Shown one piece after another: positions 9,190 through 19,256 of a stretch of 22,562 nt of DNA. Each line of letters begins with the position of its first letter. The first letter of the stretch is position 1. Both the position numbers and the translations under genes were made by a program. Where the stretch lies: positions 1 to 22,562 of the forward strand of contig NW_021836797.1 in the NCBI RefSeq assembly GCF_006345805.1. The letters are read 5' to 3'. The notes below the pieces were generated by a model, which searched no databases, was not told the DNA's origin, and saw nothing but the letters and a program-made list of their open reading frames with translations. This DNA is from Octopus sinensis. Its lineage: Eukaryota.

Positions 9190-9851
9190 TAAAGTATTCG
9201 AAATCCAAAGAAAATGAGCATTTGTTGTATTTGTGAGTTTCTTTAAAACATTGAAAAGGCTGGAATGCAATTTCATGAAGTGTTTAACAATAAATACATG
9301 TACCTATGCAAAAATAAAAGAATACATAGAAAAGACATGGGCACGATAGAGTGCTTAAAGCGTAAACAACGGATGAAAACATATGATTATGATGACAATT
9401 ATCATGAGATAAAATCAAAACTAGTTAAATAGATTGCTCCGAAAGGAATTTGAATTCTCGAAAAGACGTTTCCTCGCGTTCCGACTAATTTGAATGCTTT
9501 CGATGGGTAATTCGAATGATATAAATGCTAAATGCTTTGACCGTAGTGCGAAATTGAATGATCGGAAACCGAATTTGAATGACTAACTTCATGTTGCTAA
9601 ATTTTATCGTTATTTTCTTTTTGTGATTTTCGAATGACCCGATAATCGAATTGAATGACAAACGCACGAAAATGACTGCAAAAACCTATGTATTTGGTCA
9701 GCTTCCCAACATGAAACCAAGTTTTACAGCTAAATAAACTCATAACCTTGCACTACAATGTTACATCACCAAACGTACTCTCCTATGACAGCCTATATCA
9801 AATTACCATTTATCTCAACATTATTAATATTTAGAAAATTTCTTTTCACAG

Positions 9852-10058
9852 CTACACTCACTGCTCCACATGCCTCTACGGTAGACACGAAACTAGGAGG
9901 TTATGATATTCCAAAACATACCATTGTTCAATTCATGTTAATGGCTGCTCATTATGATCCGAACTATTGGGATAAACCAGAGGAATTCCGACCTGAAAGA
10001 TGGATTGATGAAGATAATGAGTTAAAGAAAAATGAGGCTTTCATGCCTTTCTCTTTGG
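9852..10058 (+). CDS. CYP exon 7 (beta sheets, meander, start of heme motif)
   Basis: Acceptor tcacag|CT, donor G|gtaagt. Translates (A)TLTAPHASTVDTKLGGYDIPKHTIVQFMLMAAHYDPNYWDKPEEFRPERWIDEDNELKKNEAFMPFSL(G). Confidence 0.96.
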
Positions 10059-10615
10059 GTAAGTATTGTAAATAGATTTTAATGATAGGGCACGCCTATT
10101 CAGGAGGGAAGACAATAACATTATCTTGTTACTGATGGTGACTTCTTTTTATATAATCGTAATGTGTCATTTGGAGATTGAGGTATCCTGTTTAAGGATC
10201 ACACGTGGTCGGTTTGCTAGGTCATAGCTAAAACTTTATGTGTTAGCTTACATCCTCCTGCTTCGAATCGTTCTTCGGTGGCAGTCATCACTTCAGGGTC
10301 AATAAAATAGCAATATTCTACTGCTTCTTATTAATTCTTTATACTTTCTTACGAAAGTTTGGTCTTTTGCTCACTTAAGATTTATCATCCTTTTATTAGC
10401 AAAATTTTGCCTCTTTATGTTATCTTCATTATTGATAAGAGTTCTTTTAAAATTTAATTCAGGAAATATTTTATTCTCTGAAATATTACAAGAGCTATGA
10501 TATTTAAATTTATTCGTCGTATAATAGAAATTTAATATTTTATTAAAATGCAAACTTTATTATATTCTATCATTTAATTATGCTATGTATTTTATATCGT
10601 CTATTTTATTTGTAG

Positions 10616-10794
10616 GTCCCAGAATGTGTGCAGGAATATCACTAGCCAATATTGAAAATTTCATGGTTTTTTCAAATATCTTACAAAGATTTAGATTGGA
10701 AAGTCCTGACGAAACACCAATGACAATGGAAGGCAAACAATCGGGAATTATTTACGTTCCAGTGAATGATAATATCCGTGCAATTCCACTGTGA
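10616..10794 (+). CDS. CYP exon 8 (heme-ligating Cys, L-helix, stop codon)
   Basis: Acceptor ttgtag|GT. Translates (G)PRMCAGISLANIENFMVFSNILQRFRLESPDETPMTMEGKQSGIIYVPVNDNIRAIPL*, completing FxxGxRxCxG as FSLGPRMCAG. Confidence 0.96.
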
Positions 10795-11064
10795 GATATA
10801 TTTGTATTATATATTTGAGGACAACACTTCACAGTTCACTGGCTGTACAGTTGAAAGTATATCACTTTGATGTACAAAGGTATCAAATTCTTATAGAATG
10901 CTGTTATTTTTTAAATGGTATTTAACGAAATAACATAAATTTCTGTTCATTAGTGGTATTACATTGATCTACATGCTACAATACATAACATGTGTGCAGT
11001 AGTATCTACTCATAAACTTCATAAAATTATAAGTCATATGGTAGTTGCAATGTTTAATTCAATC

Positions 11065-11070
11065 AATAAA
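11065..11070 (+). promoter_or_regulatory. Candidate polyadenylation signal of the CYP gene
   Basis: AATAAA about 270 nt after the stop codon, followed by T-rich sequence. Confidence 0.5.
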
Positions 11071-12189
11071 GCTCCAGTATTATTTTCTTTGAGTCACAAT
11101 TTTCTTTATTAACCTAATTTCAGACTTAATATAAATCGTCGAAATGCACACCAAAAGGCTGTCTTTTCTGTTATTTTTGAAAAAGTTTCAGCAACATGGG
11201 ACTGGTATGTCCTACCTTGGGGATCCTACTGGAACGATAATGACATTCCTTTACCAAAATCTGTCAACATAAAAACCAAAACTATCTCTGTTTCTACTTT
11301 AGATAATACAGTTATAGACCTTCCTGGGTCTGTGACTGTTTTATCTACTTTCAGTTTCTAGTAGACGCGGCACAAAAAGGTTTCAGTGAATTGCAAAATT
11401 ATCAGGTATTAGAGAACCGAGTGAAGCTTCTTAGATGCTCGGTGATTGTCTGGAGCGAACGTACAATAACGCCGAACGTGCTCTGGAGATCATGGAGAGA
11501 ATGTTGCAGGATTTGCCTGACAGCAAATACTGAAAGATGAAGCAGAATTGCAGTGGGTTTTTTTTCATGTGTCCTGTGTCGAACCCTGTCACTAATTCCC
11601 AAATGAACAAAACACGATGAAACCCATGCTGCCTTTAATCGCCATCGCTTTGGATAACATTTTTAACAGTTTGCAAATATAGATTCTATACATTCAGAGA
11701 TCAGTTGTCAGGTCTGTGAGTAAGAAAATGTTACAAGAGAGTAAGAGAGAGATTCCTTCCGGTTGTTAAGGAATCGTGGACATAACACCCATAAGGAGAA
11801 TGTTTAAGATAGTTGGTGATTGTCAAAGCTGTAATGAGCACAATCTAAAGCACATCGCAATTCTTAAAATGATTTTTTTATTGCCACCTATGATACCTTT
11901 GATTAGATTATGGCTTATTCCAGATAACGTCCCCATATTTGGTACTTTTTCCTGGGATATAGTGGGAGAGATGGACACATAGAGGCAAATATTATGTTTG
12001 AATATAAAATTCATACTATATATTTGAACAGACTAAAATCTTACTAAAAAATTAACATGAAATACGAAAGCAACATGAAATACGGAGGAAAACTTGGGTA
12101 TGCGAGCAACGAGAGAAAGAAATGGAAAGCAAGACAAGTAACTTAAAGAACGACCCTTCATCAGTTGTCGGCTGTTCATCTACTCCGCA

Positions 12190-12620
12190 TTTCGAGCAAT
12201 TAACGACAATATGAGGCTATAAACTCTAAACTTGGAATGACCAATTTTAAATACTATTGATTTTGCTCATAAGGTATTGGAATCTTATATGTTTACCATT
12301 CTGCCCAAATAATGGATCTATAAATACAATATCCCTGCGTATCTCACATCTATTTTCATTCCTCCACTTCACTTTCTATTTCGTATCTTATCTAAATTAA
12401 CTATTGCTTAACCATCCTCTCACACCGTCTCCGATGAAGGGATAAAATAAATATCCTAGAAACAGCTGTACGACCTTCTATTTATAAACGTTCTAAAATC
12501 TACACAACCTTGGTTTTTTATCTCATTACGGGAAAAAAAATTTATATACACACGTTGGACCCCTTATTCGCATAATCACCAAACCTGGAACTTAACTATG
12601 GTCTATCCATAGCACTTACT
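12190..12620 (+). mobile_element. Probable Penelope-like-element 3' fragment with degenerate hammerhead motif (12427-12474)
   Basis: GTCT-CCGATGA-A-GGGATA(AAATAAA)TATCCT-A-GAAAC-AGCT-GTA-CGAC. Boundaries are approximate. Confidence 0.5.
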
Positions 12621-12685
12621 CAGCATTACCTGACACCTTTGGGTCTCACTGACACCATTAATTCTCATAACCTCTCTCTATCTCT

Positions 12686-12706
12686 ACATACACACACAGA
12701 CACACA

Positions 12707-12781
<75 letters not shown>
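12686..12781. repeat. (CA)n(TA)n microsatellite
   Basis: Direct reading. Confidence 0.9.
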
Positions 12782-12783
<2 letters not shown>

Positions 12784-13025
12784 TATGTGCTAGACGGCTC
12801 AGGGTTAATAGAGAAATGCATACATTGTATATAACGCACAAAAAAATTTAAAACTACAGTACGCCAAACTCAGTAACTAAGGCAAATAAAATGCCATTCT
12901 AAATAAACAATTGCACTTTAGAAAAATTAATTAATGAAATTAAAAGGAGTTATGTTTTTATTCTACATGAAGATCTTACAGTGACACTCTAGCCCTCAAA
13001 ATGAGACTCGTATCACATTTGGCTT

Positions 13026-13311
13026 GATATAACTCGGATTTAAAATCAGCGTTAGGTCCTAACAGTTTAGCTCAGCTAGGGAAATATAATTTCGAAGTCG
13101 AAAATTGTCAGGAATAGTAAGAGAAACGCAAAAGAAAGAATACATACATGTATATAAACATGTATACATGTGAGTGCACATTACAACATTTTACTTAACC
13201 CACAGGCGTGCGCATACAAACACACACAATACGCACAGGGGCGCACACATGCATATATTCATGTGCGTGTGTGTGTGTGTGTGTGGACGCGTGTGCGTGC
13301 GTGCGTGTGTG

Positions 13312-13349
<38 letters not shown>

Positions 13350-13526
13350 CGTGCGTGTGTGTGTGTGTGTGGACGCGTGTGCGTGCGTGCGTGTGTGTGT
13401 GTGTATGTGTGTGTGCGTGCGTGCGTGTGTGCGTGTGTGCGTGCGTGTGTGTGTGTGTGTGTGTGTGCGTGCGTATATGTGTGTGTGTGTGCGCGTGCGT
13501 GTGTGTGTATGTGTGTGTGTGCGTGC

Positions 13527-13564
<38 letters not shown>

Positions 13565-13570
13565 TGTATG
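13026..13570 (+). repeat. Segment duplicated at 21536-21922 (offset 8510 bp)
   Basis: About 240 bp of unique sequence from gatataactcggatt to gcatatattcatgtgcgt is identical at both sites, followed by a compound (GT/GCGT)n tract of different length. Confidence 0.95.
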
Positions 13571-13586
13571 TGTGTGTGTGTGTGTG
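13261..13586. repeat. Compound (GT)n/(GCGT)n microsatellite
   Basis: Direct reading. Confidence 0.95.
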
Positions 13587-13865
13587 AAAGTTACAAGGTG
13601 CATAAGTTGGAATATCTTGACAGAATTGAGAATCAGCAGCCCCAGCTTTTCTTTCATCCTCAGATTTTGATGAAAATCAGAAACGGGTATTTTGTTTATG
13701 AAACTGAAATGGAAAGGATTAAGACAAAAGCCCCTTCATAAGTGTTCTCTTCAAAAATGCTGAAATATTTCGTATAGATCTCCAGTCACTCGAAGCATGA
13801 ATCTGGTTCCTCCGTTTATAGATTAAAAACAGAATTAATTCCTAAAAGTGGAGGTTAATATAACA

Positions 13866-14202
13866 GTGGAGGCGCATGGCTCAGTGGTTAGAGCGTCGAG
13901 CTTACGATCGTGAGGTTGTGAGCTCGAATCCCGGACCGGGCTGCGTGTTGTGTTCTCGAGCAAGACACTTTATTTCACGTTGCTCCAGTTCACTCAGCTG
14001 TAGAAATGAGTTGCGACGTCACTGGTGCCAAGCTGTATCGACCTTTGTCTTTCCCTTGGATAACACTGGTGGCGTGGAGAGGGGAGGCCGGTATGCATGG
14101 GCGACTGCTGGTCTTCCATAAAAACAACCTTGCCCAGACTTGTGCCTCAGAGGGTAACTCTCTAGGTGCAAACCCATGGTCACTCATGACCGAAGGGGGT
14201 CT
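13866..14202 (+). mobile_element. Full-length tRNA-derived SINE (Deu/Nin-like core by recollection)
   Basis: Pol III A box tggctcagtgg (13877-13887) and B box gctcgaatcc (13922-13931). Flanked by an 11-bp target-site duplication ttaatataaca (13855-13865 and 14203-14213). Confidence 0.88.
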
Positions 14203-14331
14203 TTAATATAACATCTTATCGAATAAGAGATGCAATATAACGTTCCTTTCTTCAGACGAGATATACAGCAGGCATACTGCAAGGGCATCCTGAATTTTTT
14301 TTTTCTTCAAAGTGTACAAATAGATTATCTG

Positions 14332-14371
14332 TTTCTTTATTAATCACAAGGGGCTAAACATAGAGGGGACA
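14332..14371 (-). mobile_element. 3'-tail fragment of the second SINE family, interrupted by the Tc1 insertion
   Basis: tttctttattaatcacaaggggctaaacatagaggggaca matches the unit ends at 19257 and 20579. A short continuation (ggacacacaa) follows the TIR+TA at 16450 and 17805. Confidence 0.7.
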
Positions 14372-14373
14372 TA

Positions 14374-15591
14374 CAGGGGTTGGAAAAAATAATAGAAACA
14401 CCATAAAATTTCAAACAAATTTACTTTAATATGGGGTAGGACCGCCTTTGGCAGTAATTACAACTTCAATTCTACGAGTTATGAACTTGTACAAAGTTTG
14501 AATTGTTCCCAAATTAATTTTTGTCCATTCTTCGGCTAAAACAGTCTCCAGTTCTTGTAGTGATGATTGTTGGAGGATATCGACTCCTTTCTTGTTTTTC
14601 TAAAATGCACTATAAACGTTCAATAATATTGAGATCTGGGGACTTTGGTGGCCAGGTAAGATGTTCAACTTCACTAGAATGTTCCTCGTGCCATTCAGTA
14701 ACAACTTTAGCTGTGTGAATTGGTGCATTATCATCCTGAAAGATTGCGTTTCCCTCCGGAAGCAGTTCTGCAACCATAGGATGAATTTGATCAGATAAAA
14801 TGCTTAATTCTGCCATGAAAGGAAACCATTGGGCCGTCGGATTTCCAAGATATAGACCCCCCCTCCAGATCATTACAGATCCTCCTCCATGTTTAACAGT
14901 TGGAATGCTTCTTTTGGCTGTCTCCACACGTATACTCAGCCGGTGGCCGGAAAAAAGGTAAAGGATGACTCGTTGGGGAAAATAGCAATATTCCACTGCT
15001 GTAGGTACCAATTCTGTAGGTTTTTACTCCACTCTAAACGCTTTGCAACGTTTGTTTTTGAAAGTAGCGGTTTTCTGATTGCAGCCTTCCCGTGAAATCT
15101 GGCTTTGTGCAGCTTCAGATAAACAGTTTTGTGGAAACTAGGTTCTGGAGGTGGTCATTAAGCTCTGCAGTAATTTTGAAGCTGTACTTTAGTGATCCTT
15201 TCTAAAAATTCGCGTAAGAGTCCGACGGTCCCTATCTGAAAGTTATGGCTTTCTTCCGGAGATTTGTTTCGATGAGGAGCGTTTCCCTCTTTCTCAAAGG
15301 CTGTCATTACTTTTGGGACAGTTCTTCCTGATACACCAAACATCTCAGTTGTTTTAGTTTCGCTAGCGTCTGCCTTACAAGCACCAACAATTTGACCTCT
15401 TTGAAAGTCCGATAGATAAATCATTTTAATGAATTCTAATTACCTTTTTCTGATGATATCTGAAAAGAAGCAGCAATTTTAGCAAAACATATTAAGCAGC
15501 ATTAAAAACAAATTTAAAAAACATAAAAATGAACAAGCTTTTAACAGTTTTATAGATATTTCAAAATTATGATGCTATCATGCTAGGTGTT
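14374..15591 (-). mobile_element. Tc1-superfamily DNA transposon with degenerate DD36E-type transposase; distal TIR removed by a deletion
   Basis: TA target at 14372-14373, then TIR caggggttggaaaaaataatagaaacacc. Minus-strand fragments: MIYLSDFQRGQIVGA (HTH start), PTVKHGGGSVMIW and FQDDNAPIH...WPPKSPDLNIIE, with 36 residues between the second catalytic D and E. Contains stops and frameshifts. Confidence 0.92.
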
Positions 15592-15841
15592 ACCCCCGGG
15601 TCCAATAGCCTTTCCAATTATTGGAAATATTCCTCAGATGGCTACAACCACAGACATTAATTTAAAGATGAAGGAATTCGAAAACAATTTGGAGGTATCT
15701 TTAGACTCTATTTTGGTTCTGAAACCATGGTGATTGTATGCAAAACCGAATGGATTTTAGAAGGATTGGTAAAGAAAGGAGAGGAATACATAGGAAGACC
15801 CTACTGGCTGTACGTACCGAAGACATTATTCCAAAAGAAAG
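15590..15841 (+). pseudogene. CYP exon 1 copy A, 5'-truncated and frameshifted
   Basis: Starts abruptly at LPPGP, fused to Tc1 sequence. It lacks the C of CTT(Leu) between 15676 and 15677 (gaa ttcga versus gaa cttcga in B, C and D). Donor G|gtaagt is intact. Confidence 0.9.
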
Positions 15842-16243
15842 GTAAGTCATTTATTTATGTCAACAAATGTCATCGCTTTTATTTCCTCCCCCTTGCATTT
15901 TCCCCCGTTTCCACAACACAGAATTCAATTCTACTTCTACATTTCCTTACTTTGTCTGACGATTTTACTCTATGCTTCTTTGTTTCTCATCTCGGGGTCT
16001 CGTTGGTCGGACAACTGCTAACTCAATCTGTTTACTCTCTTCCTAGTTTATCAAGGGAAACTATTCAAGCATATCACCACTATATATTTCAATCTTCTTA
16101 GCGTTACTTATGACTATGATTCGCTGTAGTGTTACTTTTAGACCGGAATATCACCAGTTTACTTTGATGCTATATTTTCTGTTCTGTAAAGGCATTCTCG
16201 CCATAACGCCTAGAACGCTATTCACAAAACGGGTGGACTTAGT

Positions 16244-16447
16244 GATAGATCAGTCATTTTAATGAACTCTAATTACCTTTTTCTGATGATATCTGAAAAG
16301 AAGCAGCAATTTTAGCAAAACATATTAAGCAGCATTAAAAAAAAATTAAAAAAACATAAAAATGAACAAGCTTTTAACAGTTTTATAGATATTTCAAAAT
16401 TGTGATACTATCATGCTAGGTGTTTCCATTATTTTGTCCAACCCCTG
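16244..16447 (-). mobile_element. Duplicated terminal ~200 bp of the Tc1 element (TIR, transposase 5' leader and start codon)
   Basis: Matches 15411-15591. Ends ggtgtttccattattttgtccaacccctg|TA, the reverse complement of the 14374 TIR with 2 mismatches in 29 nt. Confidence 0.93.
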
Positions 16448-16449
16448 TA

Positions 16450-16825
16450 GGACACACAATATGTCAAACTGCTTATCTATATTTTTTCTGTTTAATCAAG
16501 GCTGACTTGGTATTATATAACACCAACGAAAGTTATTGCAAGCAATTGGTTTTACATGGTGAAAACGTGAGAACAACGATTGAGATTGATATCTAAAGAG
16601 CTTAGTAATCATGCGCTGGAACTTAAAGTGACCTCGGTTGCAGAAATAGACTTTGAATACAACTTTGTTGTTAAACACCTAACCTACTTATATTCAGTTG
16701 ACTGCAAGTATAACTATTTTGTTACCTGCACAAACCTGTATATAGGTAGTAAACCACACTCGTCTAAAGAAGGCTGGGCTCTTAACGAAAATACAGATAC
16801 ATTATTGCAGCAATAACCTAGGATT
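16450..16825 (+). promoter_or_regulatory. Putative proximal promoter/5'UTR of exon 1 copy B (repeated at 17805-18180 and, 5'-truncated, at 21923-22203)
   Basis: Sequence between the Tc1 TIR and the ATG, near-identical in three copies. TATA-like TATATAG lies 87 nt before each ATG (16739, 18094, 22117). Function is inferred from position only. Confidence 0.45.
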
Positions 16826-17196
16826 ATGGATGTTTCAGCATCGTATTTTGTAGAAGCTATTAATATACAAAGTCTTCTGATTGGTAGTAGTTACTTTATT
16901 GCTAGCACGATGGCTTATAACTAGATCGAAATATAATTACAATTTACCCCCGGGTCCAATAGCCTTTCCAATTATTGGAAATATTCCTCAGATGGCTACA
17001 ACCACAGACATTAATTTAAAGATGAAGGAACTTCGAAAACAATTTGGAGGTATCTTTAAACTCTATTTTGCTTCTGAAACCATGGTGATTGTATGCAAAA
17101 CCGAATGGATTTTAGAAGGATTGGTAAAGAAAGGAGAGGAATTCAAAGGAAGACCTTACTGGATGTACGTACCGAGGATATTAACCCAAAAGAAAG
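16826..17196 (+). pseudogene. CYP exon 1 copy B, full length with +1 frameshift
   Basis: ATG at 16826 (MDVSASYFVEAINIQSLLIG). An extra T near 16885 (attggtagtagtt versus attggagtagtt in C and D) shifts the frame. Donor G|gtcagc. Confidence 0.88.
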
Positions 17197-17598
17197 GTCA
17201 GCCATTTATTTACGTCAACAAATATCATCGCTTTTATTTCCTCCCCCTTGCATTTTCCCCCATTTCCACAACACAGAATTCAATTCTACTTCTACATTTC
17301 CTTACTTTGTCTGACGATTTTACTCTATGCTTCTTTGTTTCTCATCTCGGGGCCTCGTTGGTCGGACAACTGCTAACTCAATCTGTTTACTCTTTTCCTA
17401 GTTTGTCAAGGGAAACTATTCAAGCATATTACCACTATATATTTCAATCTTCTTAGCGTTACTTATGACTATGATTCGCTGTAGTGTTACTTTTAGACCG
17501 GAATATCACCAGTTTACTTTGATGCTATATTTTCTGTTCTGTAAAGGCATTCTCGCCATAACGCCTAGAACGCTATTCACAAAACGGGTGGACTTAGT

Positions 17599-17802
17599 GA
17601 TAGATCAGTCATTTTAATGAACTCTAATTACCTTTTTCTGATGATATCTGAAAAGAAACAGCAATTTTAGCAAAACGTATTAAGCAACATTAAAAAAAAA
17701 TTAAAAAAACATAAAAATGAACAAGCTTTTAACAGTTTTATAGATATTTCAAAATTGTGATACTATCATGCTAGGTGTTTCCATTATTTTGTCCAACCCC
17801 TG
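17599..17802 (-). mobile_element. Second duplicated terminal ~200 bp of the Tc1 element
   Basis: Near-identical to 16244-16447, with the same TIR and TA. Confidence 0.93.
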
Positions 17803-18180
17803 TAGGACACACAATATGTCAAACTGCTTATCTATATTTTTTCTGTTTAATCAAGGCTGACTTGGTATTATATAACACCAACAAAAGTTATTGCAAGCAA
17901 TTGGTTTTACATGGTGAAAACGTGAGAACAACGATTGAGATTGATATCTAAAGAGCTTAGTAATCATGCGCTGGAACTTAAAGTGACCTCGGTTGCAGAA
18001 ATAGACTTTGAATACAACTTTGTTGTTAAACACCTAACCTACTTATATTCAGCTGACTGCAAGTATAACTATTTTGTTACCTGCACAAACCTGTATATAG
18101 GTAGTAAACCACACTCGTCTAAAGAAGGCTGGGCTCTTAACGAAAATACAGATACATTATTGCAACAATAACCTAGGATT

Positions 18181-18550
18181 ATGGATGTTTCAGCATCGTA
18201 TTTTGTAGAAGCTATTAATATACAAAGTCTTCTGATTGGAGTAGTTACTTTATTGCTAGCACGATGGCTTATAACTAGATCGAAATATAATTACAATTTA
18301 CCCCCGGGTCCAATAGCCTTTCCAATTATAGGAAATATACCTCAGTTGGCTACAACCACAGATATTAATTTAAAGATGAAGGAACTTCGAAAACAATTTG
18401 GAGATATCTTTAGATTTTATTTGGGTTCCGAAACCATGGTGTTTGTATGCAAAACCGAATGGATTTTAGAAGGATTGGTAAAGAAAGGAGAGGAATTCAT
18501 AGGAAGACCCTACTGGGTCTACGTACCGAAGATATTAAGCCAAAAGAAAG
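18181..18550 (+). CDS. CYP exon 1 copy C, intact first coding exon (123 codons plus 1 nt)
   Basis: Translates MDVSASYFVEAINIQSLLIGVVTLLLARWLITRSKYNYNLPPGPIAFPIIGNIPQLATTTDINLKMKELRKQFGDIFRFYLGSETMVFVCKTEWILEGLVKKGEEFIGRPYWVYVPKILSQKK(G): N-terminal membrane anchor, PPGP hinge and GEEFxGRP. Phase-1 donor G|gtcagt. Confidence 0.9.
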
Positions 18551-19256
18551 GTCAGTCATTTATTTATGTCAACAAATATCATCGCTTTTATTTCCTCCCC
18601 CTTGCATTTTCCCCCATTTCCACAACACAGAATTCAATTCTACTTCTACATTTCCTTACTTTGTCTGACGATTTTACTCTGTGCTTCTTTGTTTCTCATC
18701 TCGGGATCTCGTTGGTCGGGCAACTGCTAACTCAATCTGTTTACTCTCTTCCTAGTTTATCAAGGGAAACTATGCAAGCATATCACCACTATATATTTCA
18801 ATCTTCTTAGCGTTACTTATGACTATGATTCGCTGTAGTGTTACTTTTAGACAGGAATATCACCAGTTTACTTTGATGCTATATTTTCTGTTCTGTAAAG
18901 GCATTCGTGCCTTGAACGCTATTCACAAAACGGGTGGATTCTACGTTGTGTTTGTTAAGCACAAGCAACTTGTCTTTTCTTTAACACAGAACACACACTA
19001 CTAACACTGCCATAAACTCCTCAAATAGCACACAGACTTACAGACGTTTGTGTATATTGGATATTATAAACCGAGATGGATAAAGAAACACGTTAGTAGT
19101 CACAAACGAACGACACATTATGTATATTAAAAAAAGCGTGACAGTCATGGGAAGAACGTTATGTAACGTAGATAAAGATGTAACGAGGGTTAAGCAACAA
19201 TTACGAGAATATTCTCACGGCAACAATCTAACTATTCATTCGATGTGCTTGAAATA

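Larger units (their letters stand above)
952..10794 (+). other. Cytochrome P450 (CYP2 clan) gene body, coding exons 2-8: join(952..1177,1302..1428,2114..2274,6872..7008,8386..8482,9852..10058,10616..10794). First coding exon is outside the window; possible frameshifted allele or pseudogene
   Basis: Seven GT-AG-bounded exons translate into consecutive P450 segments. With the 370-nt exon 1 seen downstream and one base removed at the end of exon 4, the CDS totals 1503 nt (500 aa plus stop), a normal P450 length. Confidence 0.93.
15411..18938 (+). repeat. Tandem duplication, ~1355-bp unit (Tc1 end + promoter + CYP exon 1 + ~400 bp of intron 1); three units, the first internally deleted
   Basis: Offsets: ATG 16826 to 18181 = 1355; Tc1 tail 16244 to 17599 = 1355; donors at 15841, 17196 and 18550. 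Homology ends at gggtgga (18938). Confidence 0.95.

Noticed and set aside
9455-9462. Heat-shock-element core TTCTCGAA
   Set aside because: Only two pentamer units, intronic, and expected by chance in AT-rich DNA.
11380-12014. Short ORFs and complex sequence downstream of the poly(A) signal
   Set aside because: Probably old retroelement fragments, but I could not recognise a motif well enough to name them.
12154-12164. CTGATGAAGGG on the minus strand
   Set aside because: No stem II closure or GAAA follows, so it is only half a hammerhead core.
13866-13940. tRNA-like sequence with A and B boxes
   Set aside because: It is the head of a SINE: it continues into a ~270-bp non-tRNA body and the whole is flanked by an 11-bp TSD.
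16580-16816. 78-aa ORF repeated three times (also 17935-18171 and 21958-22194) just upstream of each exon 1
   Set aside because: It begins at a non-ATG codon, has no recognisable homology, and recurs only because the promoter region is duplicated.
18551-18810. Hydrophobic C-terminal extension of the 209-, 191- and 124-aa ORFs (...YHRFYFLPLAF...YHHYIFQSS)
   Set aside because: Read-through into intron 1 past a phase-1 GT donor. P450 homology stops at QKKG. It is shared only because the intron was co-duplicated. A short intron-retained product cannot be fully excluded without RNA data.
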